In this document: positions 19,139 to 29,500 of the stretch, one piece after another
How the letters are laid out: the number at the start of each line of letters is the position of its first letter
How positions within the stretch are numbered: position 1 is the first letter of the stretch
Source: Candidatus Saccharimonadota bacterium
GTDB taxonomy: Bacteria > Pseudomonadota > Alphaproteobacteria > Rickettsiales > Anaplasmataceae
Assembly (NCBI RefSeq): GCF_013365495.1
Contig: NZ_CP046580.1
Location: 420,001 to 452,000 of the forward strand
Length of the DNA: 32,000 bases
Reading direction: 5' to 3'
Translations under genes and position numbers: made by a program
Notes under the pieces: generated by a model
The model's input: the letters and a program-made list of their open reading frames with translations, nothing else
Told to the model about the DNA's origin: nothing
Database searches by the model: none

Positions 19139-19645
19139 ATGAGTGGTAAAGCTCAAGGTCCAAATATTGCAGAGTGGCAAGCTCAACAACGATACCAAGA
19201 AGAAAGGAAGAGTGGTTTTGGTCTTGGTTATAGTGACTCCATTGCAACTATCATAGATGGAATGAAATGGCTATTTAACTTTCATGAAGGAGCAATTGCT
19301 GCTTACAACAATGTGTTTGAAAGTTTGATAAGTGGAAGTAGTTTAATAGCATTATTTGGAAAATCTGATAATATGTTTGGTATAAAATTTCTTGAGGGTC
19401 TTGCAGAACATTTTTCGGGTGAAGGTGAAGATGCTGAAAGCAGAATATTAGAAGGAATGGATACTAGTTCTAAAGGAGAAGGTTCTTACTTTGATGATTA
19501 TCCTCACTTTAGTAATGAAATGGCTTATAATACTAACGGTTTATATAACATGTTTGACTCAGGTAATCATCATGATCAATTTTTTTCATCAAATCCTTCA
19601 CTTTCTATATGTAATAATGACTATGAGCATGAGCTTAGTGTCTAG
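19139..19645 (+). CDS. Hypothetical acidic protein, no family recognised
   Basis: 168-aa ORF in an otherwise tightly packed region. G+C is about 35% by hand count (about 46% in the first 120 nt) against about 25% in spacers, which argues for a real, selected CDS. I see no signal peptide and no TM segment. I count about 25 D/E against about 9 K/R. Confidence 0.6.
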   Translation: MSGKAQGPNIAEWQAQQRYQEERKSGFGLGYSDSIATIIDGMKWLFNFHEGAIAAYNNVFESLISGSSLIALFGKSDNMFGIKFLEGLAEHFSGEGEDAESRILEGMDTSSKGEGSYFDDYPHFSNEMAYNTNGLYNMFDSGNHHDQFFSSNPSLSICNNDYEHELSV

Positions 19646-19713
19646 AATCATTAAATAACAGTCAAGAAAGTAACATTTATCCACTTTATCATAATTAACA
19701 TGAGTTTATTCTA

Positions 19714-20886
19714 GTGAAAAAGGTTTCAATTTTAGGATCAACAGGAAGTATTGGGAAAAAAACTGCGGATTTACTATTAAGAGAAAAAGAAAAATATCAA
19801 GTAGAAGTACTTAGTACCCATTCAAATTTTACTTTACTAGCGTATCAAGCTAAATCTTTGGGTGCAAAATATGTTGCTATTTCTAATGAAAAGTTTTACA
19901 AAGATTTAAAAGAAAGCCTATTAGGCACAGGTATTAAAATAGAAGTTGGTGCTAAAGGTTTAATAAATGTTGCTTCTTTGCCTATTGATCTATCAGTTGT
20001 TGCAATAGCTGGTATTGCAGGCCTTGAACCAGTTATGAACATAATAGAAAGTGGTACTAAAGTTATTGCATTAGCAAACAAAGAAAGCATTGTTTGTGGT
20101 GGAGAATTACTACTTAAAAAAGCTAAAGAAAAAAACGTACAGATAATTCCTATTGACTCTGAGCACAACGCAATTTTCCAAGTTTTACAAAATGATGATA
20201 AATGTGTAGAAAAGATTATACTTACTGCTTCTGGTGGACCGTTTTTGAATTATAGCTTTGAACAATTAAGAAATGTTATAGTAGATCAAGCATTAAATCA
20301 TCCTACTTGGAACATGGGAAAGAAAATCTCAATTGATAGTGCGACAATGATGAATAAAGCTTTAGAAATAATAGAAGCACATAGTTTATTTAACATTAAC
20401 CCTAATAAAGTTGAAACAGTAGTACATCCTGAATCCATAATACATGGAGTTGTAGTCTATAAAGATGGTTTCAATTTTGCTGTACTTGCAGAAGCTGACA
20501 TGGCAGTTCCTATTTCATATGCTCTATCTTGGCCAAAAAGGTCAGATTTAAGTTATAAATTAGATTTAATAAAGCAGAAAAAATTAACTTTTCAAGAGCC
20601 TGATTACAAACGCTTTCCTGCACTAAAACTTAGTATGGAAGTACTAAATTCTTCTCTGCCACACATAAACAGCATCGTACTTAATGCTGCAAATGAAGTA
20701 GCTGTTAATGAATTTTTGAAATCACGTATTGACTTTTTAGGAATAGTAAAAGTAGTAGAGTCGACAATAGAAAATTTTGATAGTTATACTAATATTAATT
20801 CATTGCCTGATATAATAGATATTGATCGTGAAAGCCGTATCCTTGCCAAAGGAATTATTGCATGCAAAACTTTTGTATATAGTTAA
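19714..20886 (+). CDS. dxr: 1-deoxy-D-xylulose 5-phosphate reductoisomerase
   Basis: GTG start. The ORF has ILGSTGSIG (NADPH site), LANKESIV, IDSEHNAIFQ and NHPTWNMGKKISIDSATMMNKALE. Confidence 0.97.
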   Translation: MKKVSILGSTGSIGKKTADLLLREKEKYQVEVLSTHSNFTLLAYQAKSLGAKYVAISNEKFYKDLKESLLGTGIKIEVGAKGLINVASLPIDLSVVAIAGIAGLEPVMNIIESGTKVIALANKESIVCGGELLLKKAKEKNVQIIPIDSEHNAIFQVLQNDDKCVEKIILTASGGPFLNYSFEQLRNVIVDQALNHPTWNMGKKISIDSATMMNKALEIIEAHSLFNINPNKVETVVHPESIIHGVVVYKDGFNFAVLAEADMAVPISYALSWPKRSDLSYKLDLIKQKKLTFQEPDYKRFPALKLSMEVLNSSLPHINSIVLNAANEVAVNEFLKSRIDFLGIVKVVESTIENFDSYTNINSLPDIIDIDRESRILAKGIIACKTFVYS

Positions 20887-20891
20887 AAGAT

Positions 20892-21653
20892 TTAATGATC
20901 AAGAATATATTCTTTTGTTAAGGAAGAGTGAGCATTTTCAAATACTTCTTGGACATTTCCAGATTCAATGATCTTACCATTGTGAAAGAAAATTACACTA
21001 TCAGATAATTTTTTAGCTTGTTTCATTGAATGAGTCACCATAATTATGGTGAACCTTAATTTCAACTCTTGTATAAGATTTTCAATCGCATTGGTTGCCA
21101 TCGGATCAAGAGCAGAGCATGGTTCATCCATCAGTAAAATAGTTGGCTTTATTGCAATTGCACGAGCAATACATAATCTTTGTTGTTGGCCACCAGATAA
21201 ATCTAATGCACTGTCCAGTAATCTATCTTTCAACTCTTCCCATAAACCAACTTTGGTTAGACTATTTGCTACTATTTCATCTAATTTCTTTTTATTTTTT
21301 ATCATACCATGTAATTTTGGACCATAAGCAACGTTATCATATATTGATTTTGGAAAAGGATTAGGTTTTTGAAATACCATACCTACTTTTGCTCTAAGTA
21401 GCACAACATCCATGTCACGTGAATATATATTGCCTAACCCATCAATAATTAGCTTACCGATAACTTTGCATCCTGGTACATAATCATTCATGCGATTAAA
21501 ACAACGTAAAAATGTTGATTTACCGCACCCAGATGGTCCAATAAAAGTGGCAACTTTCTTTTTAAAAATATCCAAATTTATATTAAATAAGACTTGTTTA
21601 GAGCCATACCAAAGATTTAAATCTTTAATAGAGGCAAGTAGTATATCATTCAT
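20892..21653 (-). CDS. pstB: Phosphate ABC transporter ATP-binding protein PstB
   Basis: 253-aa ORF with Walker A GPSGCGKST, the PstB-typical FLRCFNRMND, signature LSGGQQQRLCIARA and Walker B LLMDEPCSALDP. Confidence 0.95.
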   Translation of the reverse strand: MNDILLASIKDLNLWYGSKQVLFNINLDIFKKKVATFIGPSGCGKSTFLRCFNRMNDYVPGCKVIGKLIIDGLGNIYSRDMDVVLLRAKVGMVFQKPNPFPKSIYDNVAYGPKLHGMIKNKKKLDEIVANSLTKVGLWEELKDRLLDSALDLSGGQQQRLCIARAIAIKPTILLMDEPCSALDPMATNAIENLIQELKLRFTIIMVTHSMKQAKKLSDSVIFFHNGKIIESGNVQEVFENAHSSLTKEYILDH

Positions 21654-22444
21654 ATCACACTTTGCATTGAATAAAGTCCTGGAATTTCTCTTTTGTTTTC
21701 ATATAGCCATATTGCTGCTTTAACAGCACCTTTAGCAAAGGCTGTTCGATTAATTGCTTTATGACTTAATTCTATCCGTTCATCAGAATTAACAAATATT
21801 ACGTTATGATCTCCTATCACTCCTCCTCCACGAGATACTGCAAAACCTATCTTACCCTTTTCCCTTATATTTGAATTATTAAGTAAATATTGATTAAACT
21901 CAAAATCTTTTTTTGAAGCATAAGCAATTGCTTTACCAAGTTCTATAGCTGTTCTAGATGGTGAACCTTTTTTTAAGTTATGATGCATTTCCCAAATCTC
22001 AGCATCATATTCACTTCCTAAAAGCTTGGTAGCCTTTTTTAGCAATTTTAGCAATACATTAACTCCGATACTCATATTTGCTGACCACAATATCGGAATC
22101 TTGGTAGCATACTCTTTTAAAGAGATATCTTCTATTTCAGTCGTTCCACTAACTAATGGAGTTTTAAATCTTACAGCTGCAGCAAGGCAAGCTAACATGC
22201 ATTCTTTAGTTGTAAAATCTATTACAATATCAGACAATTTGAATAGATCCGTAATAGAATTTGTAATTTTAATTCCTAAAATAGAACTATGGCCTATGAC
22301 TGGTCCAATATCTAGACCTATGTATTTACTATCAAAACGAGTAACAGCACCTGCTATTTCTACCTTAGTATTAGTGACTAATTCACTAATTATCTTTTTT
22401 CCCATTTTACCTAAACAGCCTGTTACCCCAACTTTGATTTTCAT
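21650..22444 (-). CDS. dapB: 4-hydroxy-tetrahydrodipicolinate reductase
   Basis: 264-aa ORF with the N-terminal NAD(P) site GVTGCLGKMGK and EMHHNLKKGSPSRTA, a diverged form of the E-x-HH-x-x-K-x-DAPSGTA motif. Its stop overlaps the pstB start by 4 nt. Confidence 0.93.
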   Translation of the reverse strand: MKIKVGVTGCLGKMGKKIISELVTNTKVEIAGAVTRFDSKYIGLDIGPVIGHSSILGIKITNSITDLFKLSDIVIDFTTKECMLACLAAAVRFKTPLVSGTTEIEDISLKEYATKIPILWSANMSIGVNVLLKLLKKATKLLGSEYDAEIWEMHHNLKKGSPSRTAIELGKAIAYASKKDFEFNQYLLNNSNIREKGKIGFAVSRGGGVIGDHNVIFVNSDERIELSHKAINRTAFAKGAVKAAIWLYENKREIPGLYSMQSVI

Positions 22445-23135
22445 AAAGTTTTTTTTATATTAAATATTAAAATTAAACATCTTTTTAAATTCTGTATTTT
22501 CGTATCTTCTAACCTAGATTTATTACTATTAAAATAGTATATATTTTATTGAGCTACATGCCAATGTTCTTTTTTTTTTCTTATTGTGAGTAATATATGA
22601 ATTTTCTCCATAAAATTAATATATCTTTTTTAAAACTTATGGTTGTTCTAAGTAATATCTTTATAAAAGCTTAATTGTGAGATTATTATAAATTAAGTAA
22701 AATAAATCATTATTTTAGCTAAACAGTGATAGTAAGAATTCACATTGTTTTTATATGTTTTTGCTCATCGAAACGAGGAGTTGGCTTTTATATGATTAAG
22801 CTATGTTAGCTAGCTATAAAATAAAACCATAGACTAGCACTAGTCTTTCGAGAACCTAAGTAAAGTATCTAAATATGATTAAAGTTTGGCTTTTTTTAAT
22901 TATTCTCTTGGGAAAAAACTATAGGAAAAATGGGTACCTCACTTTACGACAAGAGGATTATTTTAAAATATATAATAATTTTCTGTTTTCATTTATGAAA
23001 GAAGAGAATAGCTTAAAGAAGTAACTCCGAAGCTTACAATTAATAAAATTAAAATAGTTACTTAACTCTATTTAGTGATTAATTCACTATTTTAGCGTTA
23101 TTTAATTTTTGAAATACTAATAGATTATACAGAAA

Positions 23136-24140
23136 TTAAGCTTCAATGCCAGAAGTTTGTAGCATATGTTGAAAAATCATTTTATGATCTAGATCGGTTG
23201 TTTTGCAGACAATTTCTAAATTTATTAATTTTTCTATGATCTTCTTAAGCTCTGGAAGCTGAAAATTTTTTAAGTGACATTTAAAATCTTGTAAATACTT
23301 AAAGAACAATGGAGGATGCAACCAATTAATTGCGGTTTGTTCATTCATTCCACCTTGGATTAATAGTGAGACGTTCTCAAGATATAAAAAGTAATTTAAT
23401 ATAATACGAATTAGTGCTATCGGTGAAAAATTTTCTTGTAATATCAGTATGTCAGAAATTTTAATGAATTGTATTATATCTTTATTCGCTACAGCAGAGT
23501 ATAATTTATCAAGTGTAATATAAACATTATTAGAAGTTGAAAGGCAAAGCTTTACGTCAATAAGTTTTAGGTCTTTTCTCTCCCCTAAATATAAAATTAG
23601 CTTTTCAAGTTCTGAATATATAGGTAGCTTACTATCATTAAAGTAGGACTGCAAATAACAAATTATTTTATTTGTGAATCTTATACCATTTTGTTTTAAG
23701 TAATCTAATATTATATCACATGAATTATCATTGTTGTTCTTATAGCAAGTAATGATACCAAAAATTTTTGAATTTTCTATGTAATTTTTAGTTGTAGAAT
23801 TGTATGGAAGATCATTTGCTATCATTAATATATAATGATCATTTGTATTAAGGTCCAACACGTTCTTTAATTCTTTGGATATACTCTTGCTTACATTTAT
23901 TAGCTTAATCAATTTCTTATTGGTAAACATTGAAACATTCACTAACTCAGAAAATAACAGGCTAGGGTATCTGTCTACTGTTGCAAAATCCATTATCTGA
24001 ACTGAATATTCATCTAAATTAGCAATTATTTCCCGCATAAAAAGGTCTATTCTGTTATTATCACTTCCATAAATTAATACACCTTTTAAAATATCTGGTT
24101 TCTCAAGAAACTTTTTAACCTTAGATGGTATAATTTTCAT
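23136..24140 (-). CDS. holA: DNA polymerase III subunit delta
   Basis: 334-aa ORF with the N-terminal VLIYGSDNNRI pattern and the size and architecture of HolA. The family is weakly conserved, so the call rests on pattern recognition rather than sharp motifs. Confidence 0.75.
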   Translation of the reverse strand: MKIIPSKVKKFLEKPDILKGVLIYGSDNNRIDLFMREIIANLDEYSVQIMDFATVDRYPSLLFSELVNVSMFTNKKLIKLINVSKSISKELKNVLDLNTNDHYILMIANDLPYNSTTKNYIENSKIFGIITCYKNNNDNSCDIILDYLKQNGIRFTNKIICYLQSYFNDSKLPIYSELEKLILYLGERKDLKLIDVKLCLSTSNNVYITLDKLYSAVANKDIIQFIKISDILILQENFSPIALIRIILNYFLYLENVSLLIQGGMNEQTAINWLHPPLFFKYLQDFKCHLKNFQLPELKKIIEKLINLEIVCKTTDLDHKMIFQHMLQTSGIEA

Positions 24141-24432
24141 ATTTTTTTATAATATTATTATTACTCAATTATATAAAAAAGTTTGAAATTATGAGCCTTT
24201 TTATACAGCATTTATGTATATAACTTACTATATTTTATATTATCAGCAATTTATTTTTGAAAATACTTGTGATAAAATTTTTTTATAGAATTTAACTTTT
24301 ATTAAAAAAATTCTTTTTCAATTGCATTGCTTTTTTATAAATTAATAGTTATAATTATATATAATAAAAATCATTTCCCAAGGGAATCACAATTATAGTT
24401 AATAAGCTGAAATTAATATTACTTAGATAAGA

Positions 24433-25242
24433 TTAAGCAAATTTATTTAATATTAACCTCATAAAATAAGCAATAATTAAATATGTAGCTGCAACAAGTA
24501 TGATTGCAGGTCCTGTTAATAGATCAAAACTTGCAGACAATATTAGACCTGATATTCCAGAAATTACAGAAAAACCTGTTGCAGTAATAATCATCTGTAT
24601 TGGAGTTTTTGAGATGAGTCTTGCAGATGATGCTGGTATCAGTAAAAATGCAGCAATCAGTAATATCCCTATTAATTGGGCTGACACTGCTATAAATATA
24701 GCGAGGGTAATCAAAAACTCTAGCCTAACCAAATTTACATTTACTTTTTCAACTATTGCTAAATCTTGATTAATTGAAATCATTAGCCAGTAGCGCCATC
24801 TAAATGCTAGTATTAGAGTCACTATTATTGAGATTAAAAAAATTAATGCTATATCATTTTGTTCTAATGTTAATATATCCCCAAATAGTGAACTAATAAT
24901 ACTACTATTGCTCGATGGAAGAAAAGACATTAATATTAAACTTGACGATAGAACTACATTAGTGATAATATTTAATATTGCATCAATAGAATATAATCTA
25001 TTAAAATTAAGGGAAAGCAGTATTGCAAAAGCAATTGCTATAATCATTATACTGATTGATGGACTAATCTTAAAAATTAAAGCTAATGCAATACCAAGTA
25101 ATGATGAATGTGATAAGCTATCACCTAAATATGATAATCTTTGCCATATCATAAATGATCCTAATGTACCTGTTACTAAGCTGATTATGACTATTGCAAC
25201 TAGGCTATTAATAAAAAAGTCTTGTGTGAATATTTCAAACAT
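24433..25242 (-). CDS. Metal (Zn/Mn-type) ABC transporter permease, ABC-3 family (ZnuB-like)
   Basis: 269-aa ORF, highly hydrophobic with about 8 TM segments. It has the ABC-3 pattern (LGDSLSHSSLLGIALA, LLIPASSARL). Confidence 0.88.
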   Translation of the reverse strand: MFEIFTQDFFINSLVAIVIISLVTGTLGSFMIWQRLSYLGDSLSHSSLLGIALALIFKISPSISIMIIAIAFAILLSLNFNRLYSIDAILNIITNVVLSSSLILMSFLPSSNSSIISSLFGDILTLEQNDIALIFLISIIVTLILAFRWRYWLMISINQDLAIVEKVNVNLVRLEFLITLAIFIAVSAQLIGILLIAAFLLIPASSARLISKTPIQMIITATGFSVISGISGLILSASFDLLTGPAIILVAATYLIIAYFMRLILNKFA

Positions 25243-25243
25243 A

Positions 25244-25609
25244 CTATATTGGCTTTAGATAAGTAACAACAAATCTATTCTCAGATAGGAGAACATTATG
25301 AGTTCCACATGCTGCATCAGTTGTCATGAACTCAAGGTTTAAGTTCTTCTTTTTTATAAGGCGGGATTTTACTAAAGAAGTTATTATTTTACGTGTTTTA
25401 CCAGTACCTATTAACAAAACTTCTATTTCTTCTGTTAAAAAGGATCTAAAATATTTTTTATTATCTATATTATCTTTCTTAAGTTCAATTATCTTTTCAG
25501 GGAAAATTATAATTGAGCTGTAGTATTCTTGATTATTTACCGAAAATTTTCCTTTTTCATAACTATCTATAAAATTTTTATTCTGAGAAATTAAAGGGAT
25601 TATTTTCAT
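25244..25609 (-). CDS. Mth938-like (DUF498) domain protein, bacterial homologue of complex I assembly factor NDUFAF3
   Basis: 121-aa ORF. Its C-terminal IEVLLIGTGKTRK...LEFMTTDAACGTHNVLLSENRFVVTYLKP follows the IE..l.GTG....lE.mdT.aAc.tyN.L..EgR.V.a.l.p pattern of Mth938/NDUFAF3. Confidence 0.8.
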   Translation of the reverse strand: MKIIPLISQNKNFIDSYEKGKFSVNNQEYYSSIIIFPEKIIELKKDNIDNKKYFRSFLTEEIEVLLIGTGKTRKIITSLVKSRLIKKKNLNLEFMTTDAACGTHNVLLSENRFVVTYLKPI

Positions 25610-25612
25610 AAA

Positions 25613-26479
25613 TTAAACTATCAATTGAGTACCGCATACCCACCATTCTGGGTGCTTTTCTCTAATATTTGTTGCAGCAGCTTTTGCATTTTTCTCACTA
25701 TCAAATATTCCAAAACATGCTACACCACTACCTGACATGCGAGATAGCATAGAACCTTTTTGCGATTCCAATGCTAATATTACATCTTTGATCTCAGGTA
25801 CAAGACTTGTAGCTATTTCCTGAAGATCATTTCTAGTTTCTTTTAGGAGTTTTAGCATATTTTTTTCAATATCATCATTCCACTCAATTGGTTTAGAAAA
25901 ATTTCCTTTATACTTTGAAAATACTTCTGGTGTACTTAAAAATTTCTTTCTTGGTTTTACAAGTACTATATTTTTGGGTAAAGAAAATTCTTTTATGGGA
26001 TACAATTCCTCGCCGATACCTCTAACTAAAACTGGTTTATTATCTATACTTGCAGGAATATCAGCACCAACGCTTACAGCTATTTCATCTAAGGTCGATC
26101 TATCAATTTGCCATAGTTTTCCTAGCATACGTATCACGGCTCCAGCATCTGAAGAACCACTGCCTAAACCTGCAGCAGTAGGTACGTTTTTTACAACTTT
26201 TATAATAACTTTAGTGCGCATAGGAGCATATCTAAGCAACAAATTAACTGCTCTCATAACAGTATTATACCTGTTACTTATCTTGAGCTCAGAGTTTATG
26301 AATTCAACTATAGAACTATCATATCTGAAATCCTTTTCACCTACTTTTATCTCTAAGAAATTAGAAAGATTAGCAAAAACAAACAAACCTTCAACTAAAT
26401 GATATCCTATTTCTTTTTTCTCTACAACATGCAAAAAGAGGTTAATTTTTGCAGGAGCTTTTACACAAAAACTTTTCAT
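25613..26479 (-). CDS. ispE: 4-(cytidine 5'-diphospho)-2-C-methyl-D-erythritol kinase
   Basis: 288-aa ORF with the N-terminal KAPAKINLFL and the GHMP kinase motif NVPTAAGLGSGSSDA. Confidence 0.95.
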   Translation of the reverse strand: MKSFCVKAPAKINLFLHVVEKKEIGYHLVEGLFVFANLSNFLEIKVGEKDFRYDSSIVEFINSELKISNRYNTVMRAVNLLLRYAPMRTKVIIKVVKNVPTAAGLGSGSSDAGAVIRMLGKLWQIDRSTLDEIAVSVGADIPASIDNKPVLVRGIGEELYPIKEFSLPKNIVLVKPRKKFLSTPEVFSKYKGNFSKPIEWNDDIEKNMLKLLKETRNDLQEIATSLVPEIKDVILALESQKGSMLSRMSGSGVACFGIFDSEKNAKAAATNIREKHPEWWVCGTQLIV

Positions 26480-26560
26480 TTATATATCTTCACTAACACT
26501 ACTTTTAGAGTATATTTTATAATCTATTTCAGTCAAATTTTATAAAATTTTACACTTCTG

Positions 26561-29500
26561 ATGAATTTAGATATTATAAATCCTAATTTTTCTGCTTGGG
26601 TAGATGCATCTGCTGGTACAGGTAAAACAAAAATCTTAATAGATAGAGTATTAAGACTTTTATTAGAAAATAAGAAAAATATTCTTTGCTTAACACTTAC
26701 TAATGCTGCTGCAAATGAAATGGAAAATCGTGTTCATAGTATACTCAGTAGGTGGGCAACATGTTCAAATGATGAATTAATTATATCTTTAAAACAGTTA
26801 GGTCTTTCTTTACCATCATCTAAGTACCATTACACATCACCTTATCACTCAATGTTATTACAATGTTCAATACCAAAATCTGAAGAAAATGAAGCATTTA
26901 CTCATTATATAATTCAGGCAAGAAAGCTTTTTTCTAGATTAGAAAATCTAACCTTAACAATACAAACCATACATTCTTTTTGCTATAAATTGATTTACAA
27001 CTTTTCTATAGAAGTTGGTATGGCTCCAAATTATATACTAAGCGAATATAAAGAATTGCATTCTATAGCATTTGAAAAAACACTTCATAGTAAGGCTGTA
27101 CAAGGTAGTATATGCTCTATTGCAACAGAAATTGATGAAAATAAACTGCGCGACTTGCTTTATACTTTATATATAAAAAGGCTGTCACTAACAACTGATT
27201 TAGAATACATCAAAAATAAATTAAATGCTCCAAATAAAATCTGTGATTTGGGAAATGGAATAATTGAGCATATAGAAAGATTAGTCGAAATATTAAACAA
27301 AGGCAATAAAAGAGATCGCAGTTACAGTGCAATTCTTTCTCACTGGTGCAATGATGCAAAAAAGCTTGCTATTCAAGTAGCTAACAACACTGAAATCAAA
27401 AAAGAAAGCATAAACTCCAGAGTTGCATACTGGAGTATAAAAATAGAAAGTTTAGCCAAGGTATTTTTAAAATCAGAATCATACAAAAAAAAAAGTATAT
27501 CGTCCCTAATAACAAAAAGTATTTCAGATAAATTCAAAGATGCAAAATGGATAATAGAAAATATTCAAAATATAGTGTTGAGTCATATAAGAGATATTAA
27601 CTCTTATAAGATATTTAAAAGAACTAGCAATTTGCTTAATATATTTAAGATATATAGTAATTTATATAAAAATGAAAAATTGAAAAATGCATTTCTTGAC
27701 TATAATGACATAATTGATTTAGCAACAAATATTCTTAGTAACCCAGAGTATAATAATCTGATATTGTCTAGCTTAGATCAAAAAATAGATCATATTCTTG
27801 TTGATGAAGCACAAGACAATAGCACCAGTCAATGGAAAATTATAATGAACCTTTACGATAAATTTTTTATCAGTAGTGAAGAAAAACGAACATTATTTGT
27901 TGTTGGCGATATAAAACAATCTATTTACAGATTTCAAGGAGCAAATCCTTATCTATTTAACTATATGAAAAAATACTTTCATACAAAAAGTGGCAATAAA
28001 AACTGGATATCATGTCGACTTGAAAAATCATTTCGTTCAGTTCCTGAGATTTTATCATTCATAGACAAAATATTTGGTAACTTGCGTAAAGAAATATCTT
28101 TTATTGATAATGAAATAAAACATATTCCACATAGGAAAAATGATCAAGGATATATTGAAATTTGGCCCTTATTACCAAGGTACAAGGAAGAAGAACAACA
28201 GCCTTTACAAATCAACTTAATAAATAGAAAACATTATATAATACCAGATCGATTACTTGCTCAAGCAATAGCACATAGAATTCATACTTGGTTAAGTAAA
28301 GGACGGATTTTAGTTACTAAAGATCGTCATATGGAACCGGGGGATATTATGATTCTAATACGGCAAAGAAATATGTTAGTTGATTATCTAATAAGCGAAC
28401 TCAAAAAAGTAAGTGTGCCGGTTATAGGACGAGATTCTTTCAGGATTATGGACTATATAGTTGTACAGGATTTAATAGCTTTAGCTGAATTTTTACTTCT
28501 TCCTACTAACGATTTAGCTCTTGCAAATGTTTTAAAATCACCACTTTTTAACTTTACTGAAGATGATTTATTCAACATTTCCTATAATCGTAAGGAACAA
28601 TCATTATGGGAAAGACTCCAGAATTATTCTTTTGTTATTTATAGTGAATTAGATTATCTTATTAATTTATCTCACACAGAATCACTTCTTACACTATTTA
28701 CACATGTAATATATACAGGTAAAAAAAAATTTATTGCAAGACTTGGTCTTGAGTGCTCTGAAGTTCTAGATGAATTCATAAACCTTGTATTACAATTTGA
28801 AAATTTATCTCTTCAAGGATTTATTCAGTGGATTAAAGAAAATAATCCGGAAATTAAAAATGATATGCAAACACATTACAATGCTGTACGGATAATGACA
28901 ATTCATAAATCAAAAGGTTTACAATCTCCTATAGTGTTTTTAGCTGATACAAACACAATACCAAAGAATAATGAAAGTATTATTTTTGATGCAATGGAAG
29001 CACCATTTTGGTGTGAAAGGAATACTAACGTTTATTGTGATCAGATAAAAAGAAAGAAAAAATTGGAAGATTATAATGAATATTTGCGTTTACTATATGT
29101 AGCACTTACACGTGCTGAAGATGAATTATACATTTTAGGTAAAGAGCCAGTACAAAAAGGTTCTTGGTACGATCTGATTGCCAATAATCAAGAGCTATAT
29201 GAAAAGAAACAAAGTTGGTTACAACCGATATTTAAAGAAAAAGTTGAAATATCATGCGTGAATGTACACTATCCTTTTATTTATAAACAACTTGATCATT
29301 TTGATATTCCAGTAGTCTCATTTCCCCCAAACTTAACAACATTATTTCAAAAAGCTAGAGAAAAAAAAACTTACTGGATTTCAACGTTGTCCACTTGGAA
29401 CAACAAACAAGAAAAGATTGAAGCAAATAATTATAGAAAAGGCCTAATAATCCATAATATATTACAGTATATGCCTAAAATAGAGAAAAATAGAAGAGAA

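Noticed and set aside
19677-19684. TTATCCAC, an 8/9 match to the DnaA box, upstream of dxr
   Set aside because: It is a single copy, and I estimate about one such 8-mer by chance on two strands of 32 kb at this composition. There is no cluster and no adjacent AT-rich unwinding element distinct from background.
21046-22463. Plus-strand ORFs of 93, 73, 77 and 145 aa
   Set aside because: All are antisense to pstB or dapB, both of which have unambiguous motifs.
22807-22846. Two CTAG-containing palindromes (TAGCTAGCTA; AGACTAG-CA-CTAGTCT) in the dapB upstream spacer
   Set aside because: The arms are short (5 and 7 pairs), they lie 360-400 nt from the dapB start, and no T-tract follows. The evidence is insufficient for a regulatory or terminator call.
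24500-26402. Plus-strand ORFs of 89, 116, 65 and 142 aa
   Set aside because: They are antisense to the ZnuB-like permease, the Mth938-like gene and ispE.
26535-26550. 16-bp AT-only perfect palindrome AAATTTTATAAAATTT 10 nt upstream of addA
   Set aside because: About two such palindromes are expected by chance in this window, and it is composed only of A/T.
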